Positions 1-11,999 of a DNA stretch of 42,091 nt are shown piece by piece. Each line of letters starts with the position of its first letter. Positions within the stretch are counted from its first letter, which is position 1. A model generated the notes under the pieces. It saw only the letters and a list, made by a program, of their open reading frames with translations, was not told where the DNA came from and ran no database searches. The stretch covers positions 1-42,091 of the forward strand of contig MCFH01000113.1 of the NCBI GenBank assembly GCA_002104945.1, given 5' to 3'. Made by a program: the position numbers and the translations under genes. Source of the stretch: Piromyces finnis finn. Its lineage: Eukaryota; Fungi; Neocallimastigomycota.

Positions 1-1560
1 AGCGACAGGATGGATCATTTTATCATCAGGTGATTTTTGGGACAGAACTGCTCCTATAGCAAAGTTGCTAGAGTCGGTTTCAACAACAAAGGGAATATCA
101 CGATTTGGATGAGACAGGATGGGAGCAGACGAAATTAATGATTTAATAGTGTTAAATGCGTCAAGAGCTTCAGAGGCAAAATCAAATTTAACATTTTTAC
201 GAAGTAGTCTGTGAAGGGGTTGAGCAACTTTGGTAAAATTAGGGATAAACCGACGATAGTAGTTAGCTAGGCCAATAAAAGATTGAATTTCCTTGACATT
301 GGACGGAACTGGCCAATTGATAATAGCAGAAACTTTATTGGGGTCCATATGTATGCCTTCAGAGGATATCCGATGGCCAAGAAAATCTAGAGGAAACAAA
401 GAATTCACACTTTTCAAGCTTAGCATAAAGACCAGCATTTCTTAAGCGATCCAAGACTTCGATAACGTGCTTAATATGGGATTTATGGTTTTCAGAAAAA
501 ATAATTAAATCGTCAATATATGAATAAACAAAAATTCCTAGAATATTTTTCAAAACATCATTGATAAAATGCTGAAAAACAGCCGGGGCGTTTTTTAGTC
601 CGAATGGCATTACCAGGTATTCAAAGTGGCCGAATTTGCAGGTGAAGGCTGTTTTATATTCATCACCCTTTTTGATTCGGACAAAGTTGTATGCTGATCG
701 TAAATCCAATTTTGAGAAGATTTCGCTTTACCAAGATGCTCTAGCATATCTTGAATCAGAGGTAGAGGATAGGAATCTCTTATGGTAATTTTGTTGAGTT
801 CTTTATAATCTTGACAAAGACGGAGTTCACCATTTTTCTTAGGAACGAAGAGTACAGGCGCACCAGCGGAGGAGATTTGGGTTTCCTAATGAAACCCTTT
901 TTGAGATTTTCATTAATATAATCCTTCAAAACTCTTGTTTCTTCGTCTGTTAGTGGGTAGATTGGTCCATAAAAAAGCTTGGCATTTTCGATTAAGTTTG
1001 ACAATCATAAGGACGATGAGGTGGTAATTTATCAGCTGAAGATTCGCTAAAGACGTCCATATATGATTCTAATTCCTTCGGAAGTTTAGTGATAACACTT
1101 GAGTCTTTAAGAGAGTTTTTTGGTAAGTAAGAATCAACTTTGGAAAGAGAAATATTAGAAGTCATGGCAGGACAAGACTCTTGTGAAGAAGGATCGGTAA
1201 CAGATTCATTGCTAATTGATACAGATTTAGAATGATTCTCTTTGAAATTACGAGAATGAGATAACTTAGAATTTAAAAAAGAAGATTTGGGATTGTCAAT
1301 AAAATGGGCAAAGAAACGAAAAAAGAGTGATTGCCATCAGTAGAATCAGTAGAAAAAACAGATGTTTCCTGATGGAATTCGGGAACATTTGAAGGGAAAG
1401 TCATACAATGATCCAAGCAATAAGAAGAACCAAAAGATAATTTTTTATTTTCAAAGTCAATACTTGGATTGTGTTCCTTAAGCCAACGTAGACCGAGAAT
1501 ACAAGGATATACAGGTAGATCAGTAACATAAAAGACAGTACGGTATAAGTGATCCATATA
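1..1560 (-). pseudogene. Decayed Ty3/gypsy pol fragment (protease C-terminus, RT, start of RNase H), chromovirus-like
   Basis: ORF pieces read CILGLRWLKEHNPSIDF (protease end) and [18 protein letters not shown]...YIDD (RT). The minus strand of 1-180 reads ...PILSHPNRDIPFVVETDSSNFAIGAVLSQ (RNase H). Several frameshifts; runs off the window edge. Confidence 0.9.
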
Positions 1561-2774
1561 TGTAAAGTGGGCTAGGGTTGATATGTAACTTGGTCAGAAT
1601 GTTTTGATATAATACAACTTAATCTAAAATAAAATATTAAACTTGTTTATTATTAACCTTTTCTTTAAAACTTATTAAAGAATTTTAAATAATACTAATT
1701 TAAAAATTAAATAGGTTTTTATATTTAAAATAAAAATTTTAATATAATTTAATTATGAAATTTATTTATTAATTATTTATTTATGAAAACAATATTTATT
1801 AAGTTATATTATAGTTTATATTTAATAATTAATTAGTAATCTTACAAAGAATTTCAAAATTGATTTTAATTCTTTGTTTAAATAATTTTTCTTATAATTA
1901 ATAAAATTACATTGATATTAATATTGATATTAATAATAAGGATAAAAATAAAATAATTTTAAATTAAAATATTAATAATTGATATTGATATTAATAATAT
2001 GAATTCATATGATAGATCTTAAGATTAATCTTTTAAATTAATTTTAAATAAAAAGTATTGTTTTAACCATATTAAATTGTAAATATTTAATATTATAAAT
2101 TGAGAATAACAATTACTGATACTAATTATATATTCTCATGAATAATTAATTAATAATTATAACTAATGATTTTTGATCAAAAGGGTTTTTTGGTTTGTTC
2201 ATGATTGAGGTTATTAATCAAAAATTATTTGAAAAGTATTAATTAACTTTTATAATTGATTAGGTTTGTAATCAAGAATATTTATTATCTAATCTTATTT
2301 AATAATAATGGAGAATTTTTAAATTGAATTATTTATAGAAAGTTGGATGACTTGAATAATGACTTTAATTATATAAATTAATATTGATCATTTTAATATA
2401 TATTTATTGGAACTAATTAATTCTTTAAATAGCTATATCTCAAGAACTAGTGGTCTAAATTAGCTGAAAATTTGTGTGAATATAGATCTCAACTAGTACT
2501 TTCTAATAAAGTTGATTTGAATTCTCTAGAAAAGGAAAATAGGACATGAGATTCCGAAGTTATCACTAGTTTCGTATAATGCATTTTCTTCTCAAGGGTT
2601 AATTTATTGAAATTTAAATTTTTGTGATCCTTAACCCTTTCTCATATTAAATTTTTCAAAGTGATCTTTTAACTATTTTTAAAAGTATTTTATAATTTTT
2701 GAAATATAAATTTGATTTTTAAATTATTTATTTGAATATTTGGTTTATTTATTAATCGTCTTCTATTCTTGACA
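1561..2774. mobile_element. LTR family A, copy A1
   Basis: TGTAAAG...TTGACA termini; full-length close match to 23399-24625. Flanks ATATA/ATATT differ by one base. Confidence 0.85.
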
Positions 2775-2800
2775 ATATTGTAGATAATAATTATTACACA
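2775..2800. mobile_element. Terminal remnant of a family G-like LTR
   Basis: ATATTGTAGATAATAATTATTACACA resembles the G terminus (reverse complement of ~19860-19905) and ends in CA 3 nt before LTR C1. Confidence 0.4.
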
Positions 2801-2803
2801 ATA

Positions 2804-3511
2804 TGATGCAATATATTTCAAAAATACCATAAATAAAATATAACTATGAACGTTAGCAATAGGGAATGATATTTGAATAATATATTAGATAATATTGTAT
2901 TTATTTCTATTTTATAATAATAAGAATAAATGATAAAAATAATAAATTTTATAATAATATAATAAAATAGATTTTGGTTTAAAGTTTCTTTATTTAATTA
3001 TTATTATTATGATTATAACATTAATAACGTTCAATACTAATAGAATCGAAAGTTACTATTTAATAAATATAAAAATATATTGATAAAATTATTATTAATA
3101 ATAAAATATAACTTTTCTGAAATAATAAAAATAAACAATAAATATTATTTTCTTTTATAATTAATATTTAAACTGAGTTATATATAATAAATACTAAATA
3201 CGTAATTATTAACCTAAAACTACTAAAATAAAATAAAATAAAACTAATATTTAAAACTAAAATATCAAATATTATTTATAAATGAAAAGTTCTCTCTTTT
3301 TAATATCTTATTCTTTATAACTATTTTTATATCTTTTCCTTTCTTGTGTAACTAATTATTCTAATATATGTGTAACTTTTGAGTCATAATAATTTATACT
3401 AATATAGTTTAATTATTATTATCATTAGTAATTAGTATACAATTTATAAAAGGATTAGATATTATTCGTAAAATATTTAAAATATTATAGCTTTCTATGT
3501 ATCTTGTATCA
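2804..3511. mobile_element. Solo LTR family C, copy C1
   Basis: TGATGCAA...TTGTATCA terminal inverted repeat; homologous to 12521, 16023 and 21641 copies. Confidence 0.85.
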
Positions 3512-3514
3512 AAT

Positions 3515-3773
3515 TGTAAGAAATATTAATTATTCATAATTGAATAATTATTATTTCTTATTATTTAATAAAAATTTATTTAAATTATTATTTTCGATAC
3601 ATTCAATTATTAAATTATTTAATATTCCATTCATTTGATTGATATTAATGATTTATTTAAAATATTAATTTTATATACACTTATATAAATATAAAATTTA
3701 TTTATTATATTTTTATATATTTAATTAATATTATAAATTTATTTAATTATTAATCTTTACGTACATTTAATTA

Positions 3774-3805
<32 letters not shown>

Positions 3806-4435
3806 ATTATTTATCTTTTATATTTAATTTTGACTATTTATACTCATTACATTTATTGTTTTAAATTACGTATTAATTATATTTTTGTTATTGTATTAAG
3901 CACGGATAGAATAGGAATCGGTATTTTAAGGTTTTCCCGATTACGCTTTAAGGAGGCATTCGGTTTTACTTAAAATTACACGATGATCAATATGATTAGA
4001 ATATTGATCGAAAATCATGTTTAGGTTTTTCTTCTAGTCTTTTCCTAAACATTTCATTTGTTAAGATTAGAACCCATTTTATTTAACCTTATTTCTTAAT
4101 AAAATTATAAATAAAACACTCTTGAAATTCCTTAGAAATTCAAGAGTTATTATTATAAAGGAATACATTATAATAAATAACACAAATACATTTTTTCCTT
4201 TTTTAAAAAATAAAATAAAACATTCTTCTAATAAACCAATAATTAATAGATAATAAAATTTAATTAAATAACTTCCGCTCCATTTAATCCTTAGTGTTTT
4301 GTTGTTTATTATAAATCTTTATAATAAACTCGATAAGTTTTTCATTCTCTATTTTCTATTTTAATTTGTTCAATATTTCTTATTTAAACATATTATATAT
4401 ATATTACTACAATATTAATAGTTAATATTATATTG
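3515..4435. mobile_element. LTR family G, copy G1 (interrupted at its end)
   Basis: Starts TGTAAGAAAT 3 nt after C1; near-identical to the reverse complement of ~19900-20826. Confidence 0.75.
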
Positions 4436-4709
4436 TGTCAAGAGTTTGAGTGGATTTAGAGTTATAATTAAGTCTACTAGGTTAGGATAGGCTTAATTAT
4501 ATAGTAAATAATAAATTTTTATAAATAAAAGAATAATAAATATAGTTATTTTTATAAGAATTATTTTATTTAATTTTTATAATATAAATAAATGATAATT
4601 ATCAATTTTAAATATTTAATTTACTATATAAAAATGAGTATTAATAATCTCACAAAGAACTTCTTAAAGTTGTTCTTTGTTCAACTTATTTATACTTTCA
4701 TTTTTAACA
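4436..4709. mobile_element. Possible short LTR-like insertion (J)
   Basis: TGTCAAG start exactly where G1 homology stops; candidate end TTTAACA at 4709. No clean target-site duplication (TSD), so the end is uncertain. Confidence 0.3.
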
Positions 4710-5024
4710 TAATATAGATATTAATAAAATATAATAATAATATAATATAATTTTCTTTATATATCGATATTAATAAATTGTTAAAAATAATATTAATAAT
4801 TATTTAAATGAATCTTATTTTACTAATTGGTTTGTTTAATATTAATTAATTGTTACACTATTTATCTCCGGATAATAAATAGCTTTCCAATTAATATTTA
4901 TATTAAATAAACTATTATTAGTAATATATTATTAAATTAATATTTTAATTAATTTAACTAATAATTCAAAATTATGAAATTTCATGAAATGTCAAATTTC
5001 ATGAATTGTGATTTTGACAGTAAT

Positions 5025-6007
5025 TGTTAAGTTTTGGGATTTGGTTATGCGGCCAGGTCAGAATGTTTTAATTATATAGTAAAAAATGTTTTTTAAGAAA
5101 TTAAATTTAATTATAAAATAACACTTTAAACTTCCAAATGAAAAATTAATATTTATTTTTTAAAATAACTTTTTATAAAATTTTATTTATTTAGTAATAA
5201 TAAGATAAATGATAATATATTTAATAACTATATAATTAAGATTATAACTATAATCTTTACAAAGGATTAAAATCGAGTTCAACTTATTCTATTATATATT
5301 CTTTGTTCATATTATTAAATTGATAAAAATAAAGTATTACATGTAATATATTAATATAGTAAGATTGTTTGTTTGTTTGTTTGTCATGACATAAAAATAA
5401 AATAAACATATGATTAATCACTTAAACATTTGATCCGTTAACCTATTTTATAATAATTAGAATTATTTAATTTATAAATGTTAACTGTTACACCTAAATG
5501 GTTTAGTTCTATCTTTAGTAACAGTTACTAACATTAATTAAATTAATATAATTAAAATTTCTATTGATATATTTTTAATTTTTGTCAAGTCATAAGAAAT
5601 GTCTATGATCCATACTTGATATCATATTGATTTTAATTTATCTATTAAACTTTAAATTATCATAACTTCTTCAAATGATCAGTTAGAAAGACCGCGATTG
5701 TACCAAAATATAGCTTTTTTCCTAAGCTTTCTAATAAACTTAGTTTCACAGCCATAGCACTTACAGCCGTAACGCTCGTTTTTGGCGAGTTACGCGTAGT
5801 TTCGTATTTGTTTATTTTTGGCTAAGGGTTATAGTGTATTGATATTAAATTTTTTGAAATCATAACCCTTTCACTGAATCAAAATTTAAAAGGTGACTTT
5901 TAAAGGTGTTTTAAAATAATTATTGAAATTATTTAATTATAATTATTATATTTAATTAATTATAGATATTATCTGAATTTGTTTTAAATCCAGTTAATAT
6001 CTTCACA
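5025..6007. mobile_element. Solo LTR family B, copy B1, 5-bp TSD GTAAT
   Basis: TGTTAAG...CTTCACA; GTAAT at 5020-5024 and 6008-6012; homologous to 24630-25632. Confidence 0.9.
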
Positions 6008-6072
6008 GTAATTGTATTATACTATTTAATATAAATATTATAATAAAATTACTACAAAATAATGATACAATA

Positions 6073-6619
6073 TGATACAATAGTAAATATTATCTTAATT
6101 CTATATTTTACTATAGAAAGTAATAATATTTGTATCTAAAAAAAAAAATAAGAAAATAAAATAAATGATTTTTATACTTGTTCATTTGCAAGTATTAGTT
6201 AATTTTTAAAAATATGAAGTTTATTATATTTAATTATAAAATTAAAATATTATTTAATAACTCTCGTATTATTAAATAATTAAGAATTAATACATCTTGT
6301 ATGTATCATAGAAGTTATATAAAAAAAAAATATTGTTTTATTAAAATAAATATCTATTTCTCTCTTGGATAATTAGTAACCATTTATTAAATTTAATATA
6401 ATATATCTAATTTTGACGGATTATTAGGAACAATTTTAAAAAGAATGTTTTCTATTACTATTTATACAAAATTATTATTTTAAAGTATAATTATAAACAA
6501 ATATAAACTATTTAATTTAAAAATAAATAAGCAATTAAATAAATAAAAAGTTTACATTTATAATTTTAATTTAATAATTTTATACATGTTAAATATTTTA
6601 ATTTTTATCTGTATTTAAA

Positions 6620-6655
<36 letters not shown>

Positions 6656-6684
6656 TTATTATTTATAAATTTAATTATTTATCA
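6073..6684. mobile_element. Solo LTR family E, copy E1
   Basis: TGATACAA...ATTTATCA; inverted homologues at 15131-16018 and 20833-21635; carries an (ATT)n tract near 6620-6652. Confidence 0.8.
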
Positions 6685-6687
6685 ATA

Positions 6688-7779
6688 TGACGCGTTGACC
6701 GATATATTTTTGAATAATGTTTTTGATAAATAATAAATTCTATATTATTATGATGAAACAATAAATTTAAAATGAAATGAAAATATGTTTTATAACTAAC
6801 AAATAAATCACTCAAAACTCGAAAATAAACTCTTATTATGTTTTAGATTAAATATTTATTATATTTTATAATATATTTATTATCTATTTATTGTCTTTTT
6901 TTTATTCTCTATTTATTGTCCCCTTTTTATGAAGAAGAATTTTATCTTCCTTTTATGCATTTTCATTTATTATATGTATTATTATTTTTAACTATTAAAT
7001 ATTATTATTATTATTGTTATTATTTATTAAAATTAAAAGAATAAATTAAAATTATGTCTTAGTATTATAAAATATTATAGAATATTACTTATTTGATTTT
7101 CTTATTACTTCAAAATGTTTAAATTTAGAAAAATTATTATAAATTATCATTGACTATCATTAAATGTATAATACCTTGAATAAAATAATTAAAATTTAAA
7201 ATTAAAATAATATTAAAATAAAATTAAAATATTAAAATTATCAATTATTATAAACACACATTTTATACAGAAACATAAAAGAGTTCTGTATTTTATCTTT
7301 AGGATTGTTATTATTATTCTATTTCCAGGTTTTAAGTTTATCATTTTTAGTAATAATTACTCAATTAGTTATTTATTAATTTATAAGTTTAAAAGAATTT
7401 CTAAAGAACACTTGGATAAAACACTAGAATTAATAATTTGATGTATACCATTTTATTTTTAGTTTATTTATTTATTTTTATTTATTTATTATTATTTTAT
7501 TATTTTAGTACATTATTGGATTAAGTCGTTTTATTTTATTTAATAATTTATTTTATTTAATAATTTATTTTATTATTATCACTATTAGGTTGTTTTTACT
7601 CAGAATTTATTATATAATAAAGAGAATATTATTTATTTAAGAAAGGGTTATATTTTCATAAAATTATTATTCATTCATTTTTAAAGGTTATTATCGTTTA
7701 TTTTTATTATAAGTTACCATGAGTTAAGTCGTGTTTATTCAGCTAGTTTTTATTATGCTTTTATGGGAGTAGCGTATCA
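6688..7779 (-). repeat. 3' LTR of element D
   Basis: On -, begins TGATACGC immediately after the PPT AAGTGGGGGGATCT. 7259-7779 aligns to 12000-12516. The distal end at 6688 is inferred from TG/CA and the TSD. Confidence 0.75.
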
Positions 7780-9978
7780 AGATCCCCCCACTTGAGTTTG
7801 GACTTCGTCCCTGGAAGTCTCATTATGCCAAGTATGATAATGAACTAAATTCTTTTGATGAACATTTCTTTCAGCTATTGCACCACTAATAAGGTTACAT
7901 AATGTAGCAGTATTAAATTCCATTTTAATAATACGGAAAGGTCCCATGAAAAATGGATCTAACTTTCTTCTTGAAAAATTTCTAACAAGTACTAAATCGC
8001 CAGCTGAAAATGCAGTATTCATTGAAGCTTTTTGTTTTCTTCTATTTTCCCATAATTTATTAGCATTCTGAATATTTTTGGTAACTTCAATAATCCATTC
8101 CCAATGTGTAGTAAATTTATTTATTAAATATTCTTCAGGAGTTTCATATTCATTTTTATTATTATATTCTATCATAAGTTCAAATGGTTGAAGGTCAGTA
8201 CGACCATATAATAATTCAAAGCTAGAAAATTTTGTTACTTCATTTTTACAAGTACGTAGAGTCAATAAAACCAATGGAAGAACTTCGTCCCATTCTTTAT
8301 TTAAGTCTCCTAATAGTCGAATATTTTTAACAATTTCTCTATTACGATTTTCTACTTGTCCATTTGTTTCTGGATGATAAGTGTTAGAATATTGAACATA
8401 TATAGCATATAAATCAAGAAAACCTTTAGTAGCATCAGAAGTAAATTGTGGACCATTATCAGTAATTAATATTTCTAGAGTACTATGTCTAGAAAATACA
8501 TTTGTAAGAAAATTTATAACATCCGTAGATTCAATTGATTTTAGTGGTTCAGCTTCAACCCATTTGGTAAAATAGTCTACAAGTACTATTATATATTTAT
8601 TATTGTTTTTAGTTATTAGTAGTGGTCCAATAATATCTAAACCAACTCTAGTAAATGGTAGACCTGGCTTTGTTGCAAATGATTCAGTACCACTATTAAT
8701 AGGTTGAGGTCTCTTTAATTGACAATCATGGCAAGTTTTTACAAGTAGTTCTACATCTTTAGCCATATTTTTCCAATAATAATTTTTCTTTAATCTGTTA
8801 TAAGTTTTATAAAATCCTTCATGATCTATTGAATGCACAGCTAATAGTAATTCTATTTTCTCTTCTTTATCTTCAACAGCTTTTCTGATATTGTCTCCAT
8901 CTTTATAATATTTTATTCCATTTATTAAGATAATTTTCTTTTTAAGAAATTCTTTAATTTTATTACTTTCTGGATATTCATTTGAATTATTTTCACTAGT
9001 ATCAATAGATGTGTCAGTTACAAGTACCGCTTCTGAGTCAGTATAATTATCTATTAATTTACTTTTTTCATTTTCAGATGGAACTGAGGATATTTTTATT
9101 TTATTTTCTATATTAAAATAATTATTATTCTGGCTCTTATCAATATCATTTTTAAAATTTATATTTATATTTTTATTTCCATGTGAATTATTATTAATAG
9201 AGATATAATTATTTAAATCAACATTATTAAGTTTAGAATATTTAATTGGATTTACACTTTCATTAACACAAGAATTTTTATTTAAGTCAATATTTTTATC
9301 AATATAAGGATTAATATTATTATTTTTATTTATTTCATTATCATTAATACATGAATTATTAAAATTACAAGAATAAACTATATTTTCATTATTTTTAGAG
9401 TAAAAATCTTTATTTGAATTTAAAATATTATTTTTAGTAGCTTCATCATCATTATTATTAAAAGTAGCTAGTGAAATTTTCATATCATTTTTATCTTCTG
9501 GTATTAGTCTAGATAATGCATCAGCGACTACATTTTTCTTTCCTTGTTCATATTTGACTTTTACCTTGAGCATACTAAGTGTAGTAACCCAGCGTGTTTG
9601 ACGAGCATTATTTGGTTCTTTATTATTAAATAAGCCAACTAAAGGTTTATGGTCAGTATATAATATCGTTTCTTCTTTATTCCCACTTATATAAGATTTA
9701 AATTTCTTACAACAACAAAAAGCTGCGGTTCCTTCTAAGTCAGTTATACTATAATTAATTTCACTATCGTTTAAAGACCTACTAACATAATGAATTGGAT
9801 GTTCAACATTATTTTCATCTTTTTGGAGTAATACACCACCAATACCATTAAGTGATGCATCAGTTCTTATAATAAAATTTTTATCATAGTCAGGATATTT
9901 TAAAATAGGAGACTTAATCAGTCTTTCTTTTAGCATTTGGAAACTTTCTTCAGTTTCAGATGTCCATTCAAATTTCAT
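7777..9978 (-). CDS. pol: Gypsy pol C-terminal part: RNase H and integrase
   Basis: TDAS...E...TDH...ADALSR (RNase H); HEG...CHDC zinc finger; DIIGP/DNG/ENRN DDE core; GPF motif; no chromodomain. The stop TGA is the first 3 nt of the LTR. Confidence 0.9.
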   Translation of the reverse strand: MKFEWTSETEESFQMLKERLIKSPILKYPDYDKNFIIRTDASLNGIGGVLLQKDENNVEHPIHYVSRSLNDSEINYSITDLEGTAAFCCCKKFKSYISGNKEETILYTDHKPLVGLFNNKEPNNARQTRWVTTLSMLKVKVKYEQGKKNVVADALSRLIPEDKNDMKISLATFNNNDDEATKNNILNSNKDFYSKNNENIVYSCNFNNSCINDNEINKNNNINPYIDKNIDLNKNSCVNESVNPIKYSKLNNVDLNNYISINNNSHGNKNININFKNDIDKSQNNNYFNIENKIKISSVPSENEKSKLIDNYTDSEAVLVTDTSIDTSENNSNEYPESNKIKEFLKKKIILINGIKYYKDGDNIRKAVEDKEEKIELLLAVHSIDHEGFYKTYNRLKKNYYWKNMAKDVELLVKTCHDCQLKRPQPINSGTESFATKPGLPFTRVGLDIIGPLLITKNNNKYIIVLVDYFTKWVEAEPLKSIESTDVINFLTNVFSRHSTLEILITDNGPQFTSDATKGFLDLYAIYVQYSNTYHPETNGQVENRNREIVKNIRLLGDLNKEWDEVLPLVLLTLRTCKNEVTKFSSFELLYGRTDLQPFELMIEYNNKNEYETPEEYLINKFTTHWEWIIEVTKNIQNANKLWENRRKQKASMNTAFSAGDLVLVRNFSRRKLDPFFMGPFRIIKMEFNTATLCNLISGAIAERNVHQKNLVHYHTWHNETSRDEVQTQVGGS

Positions 9979-10643
9979 ACCCTTTTTTAATAATTTAAAT
10001 AATGGATGAGCAATTTGGGCAAAATCTTTTATAAACTTCCTGTAATATCCTATAGCTCCTAAAAATGATCTTAGCTGTGTAAGGTTTGTTGGTGACTTCC
10101 AATTTTTAATAGTTTCAATTTTCTTTTCAGCTGGTTTAACACCTTCTACTGATAGAATATGACCAAGGACCTCTACTTCTTGTTTTAAGAAATGTCATTT
10201 AGAAAGATTTGCTTTTATACCATTTTCTTTTATTATATTAAAAACCTTTTGAAGATCTAATATATGTTGTTCAAGACTTGGAGAAAATACTAAAGGTCAT
10301 CCATATAAACAAATAAACATTTTCCAATAAGTGGTAGAAATATACGGTTCATTTCTCTTTGAAAGGTTGCTGGAGCATTACATAAACCAAAAGGCATTAC
10401 TTTGTAATTATAATTTCCAAATATTGTTGTAAAACATGTTTTATCAATATCTTTTTTTTTCATTGGTATTTGATGAAAACCAGAGAATAAATCCAATGTA
10501 GATAAATATTTTACATTATTACCAATAGAAAATAATATTTCTTCAATATATGGAAGTGGATATGAATCTTTTATTGTTATAGAATTTAATTTTCTATAAT
10601 CTACACACATTCTCCATTTTCCATTCTTTTTGTGTTTCATCAA
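9979..10643 (-). pseudogene. Element D reverse transcriptase, N-terminally deleted, with frameshift and in-frame stop
   Basis: KWRMCVDYRKL, LDLFSGFHQI, MPFGLCNAPATFQ, YMDD. Frame breaks near 10290 and a TGA near 10196. Confidence 0.85.
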
Positions 10644-10651
10644 CTATTTTA

Positions 10652-11972
10652 TTAATAAGTTGTAGGTTTAGAATCACTAGTAGTTTTAATTTCTAAATCT
10701 TGGTATTTATCATTCTGACTAGTTAAGTAATATATTAATGCACCTTGATTAATTTCTTCATCAAATTCTTCTATTAAATTAGTTTGATTCATTTCACTAA
10801 TACTTTCAAAAAATCCAATTTTGTGAATATCATCAGTTTTCTGATATAAAGTATGATCAGAAAAGTCCATAATTAATTTCATATTAGCTAAAGTTTCTAC
10901 ATCAATTAAGACCTGGAATATATCTTCTTTTTCAATAAGTCTAAATATTTCTTTAGATGTTATATTACCATTATCAATAGTAATTTCAATTTCATATAGA
11001 TGCGACTCAATAATAGTATTGGAATAAGCTTGATATAAAGTCTCTAATTTTTGAAACTGGTTTTAATGGAATATTATTTTCTAATAAGAATCTTATAGTA
11101 ATCATATTTATAGATGAACAAGAGTCCAAATATACAGTAGTTTCTATTCCTTCTATTTTACATTTTGATTTCACTACTTTATCTTTTCTTATGGTAGAAA
11201 GAATTGTAGATTCATCTTCAATAATTTTAGTAAATTTTAGTGCTTTTGAAAATTCTGTTTTTAATTTAGGACTAATTTCAAGTAGTTGGCCTATTGTTAT
11301 GTTTGCAAATTTTTCACCTATATCTTTAGTTATATTATATTTTTCTTGATCTGCTGAAATAACTAATCTTTTGGTACCTTTTTCATATGATATATTTTTT
11401 TCCTTTTGACTCGGAAGTTCAATCTCCTTTGCTAGTTCAATTATTTCTTTTTCTCGTTCTTTTTTATTATTTCGTTTAGCTTTATCTATAGTGGGTTGGT
11501 TAATGAATGAAGAATCTAATTGTTTTAATTCTTCTGTTGAATTAGTGTTATTATTAATATTATTATTATTGATATTATTATCTATCTTATTACTTTCATT
11601 ATTATTTATATTAGTGTCATTATTCATACTCATATTATTATTAATATTATTATTAAGACTTTTATTGTTATTATTATTATTTTCATTTTCGATTACAGTC
11701 TCCATTTCTACTTCATTATTTGGAACTTCAATTATATCTTCATAAGTATTATTTAATGGTTCTCTAGTCTCATTACTTGGAACTCTAATTGGTTGTGGAT
11801 TATCACTTAGTTTTTCTTTGGTAGTTCTTTTATATGGTTTAATATCAGTATTCTTTTTAGCTTTTCTTATTACTGGAATAGTAATTTCTTCATTTACTGG
11901 TACTGATATTGTAGCAAAAGTAGTATTGGTTTGATTTATGGGAGTATTCCTTCTCCCACTCATAAGTTTAAA
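10652..11972 (-). pseudogene. Element D pol N-terminus: post-frameshift linker and aspartic protease, broken into several frames
   Basis: ORF 11007-11963 contains ITIGQLLEISPKLKTE and VYLDSCSSINMI, homologous to element F pol. Confidence 0.75.
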
Positions 11973-11999
11973 TGATTTTGATTAGAGTTTATAAGGCCT

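Noticed and set aside
1556-1575. LTR A1 as the native 5' LTR of the 1-1560 element, with TGGATCAC as its PBS
   Set aside because: That TGG lies within protease coding sequence; gag and the leader are absent.
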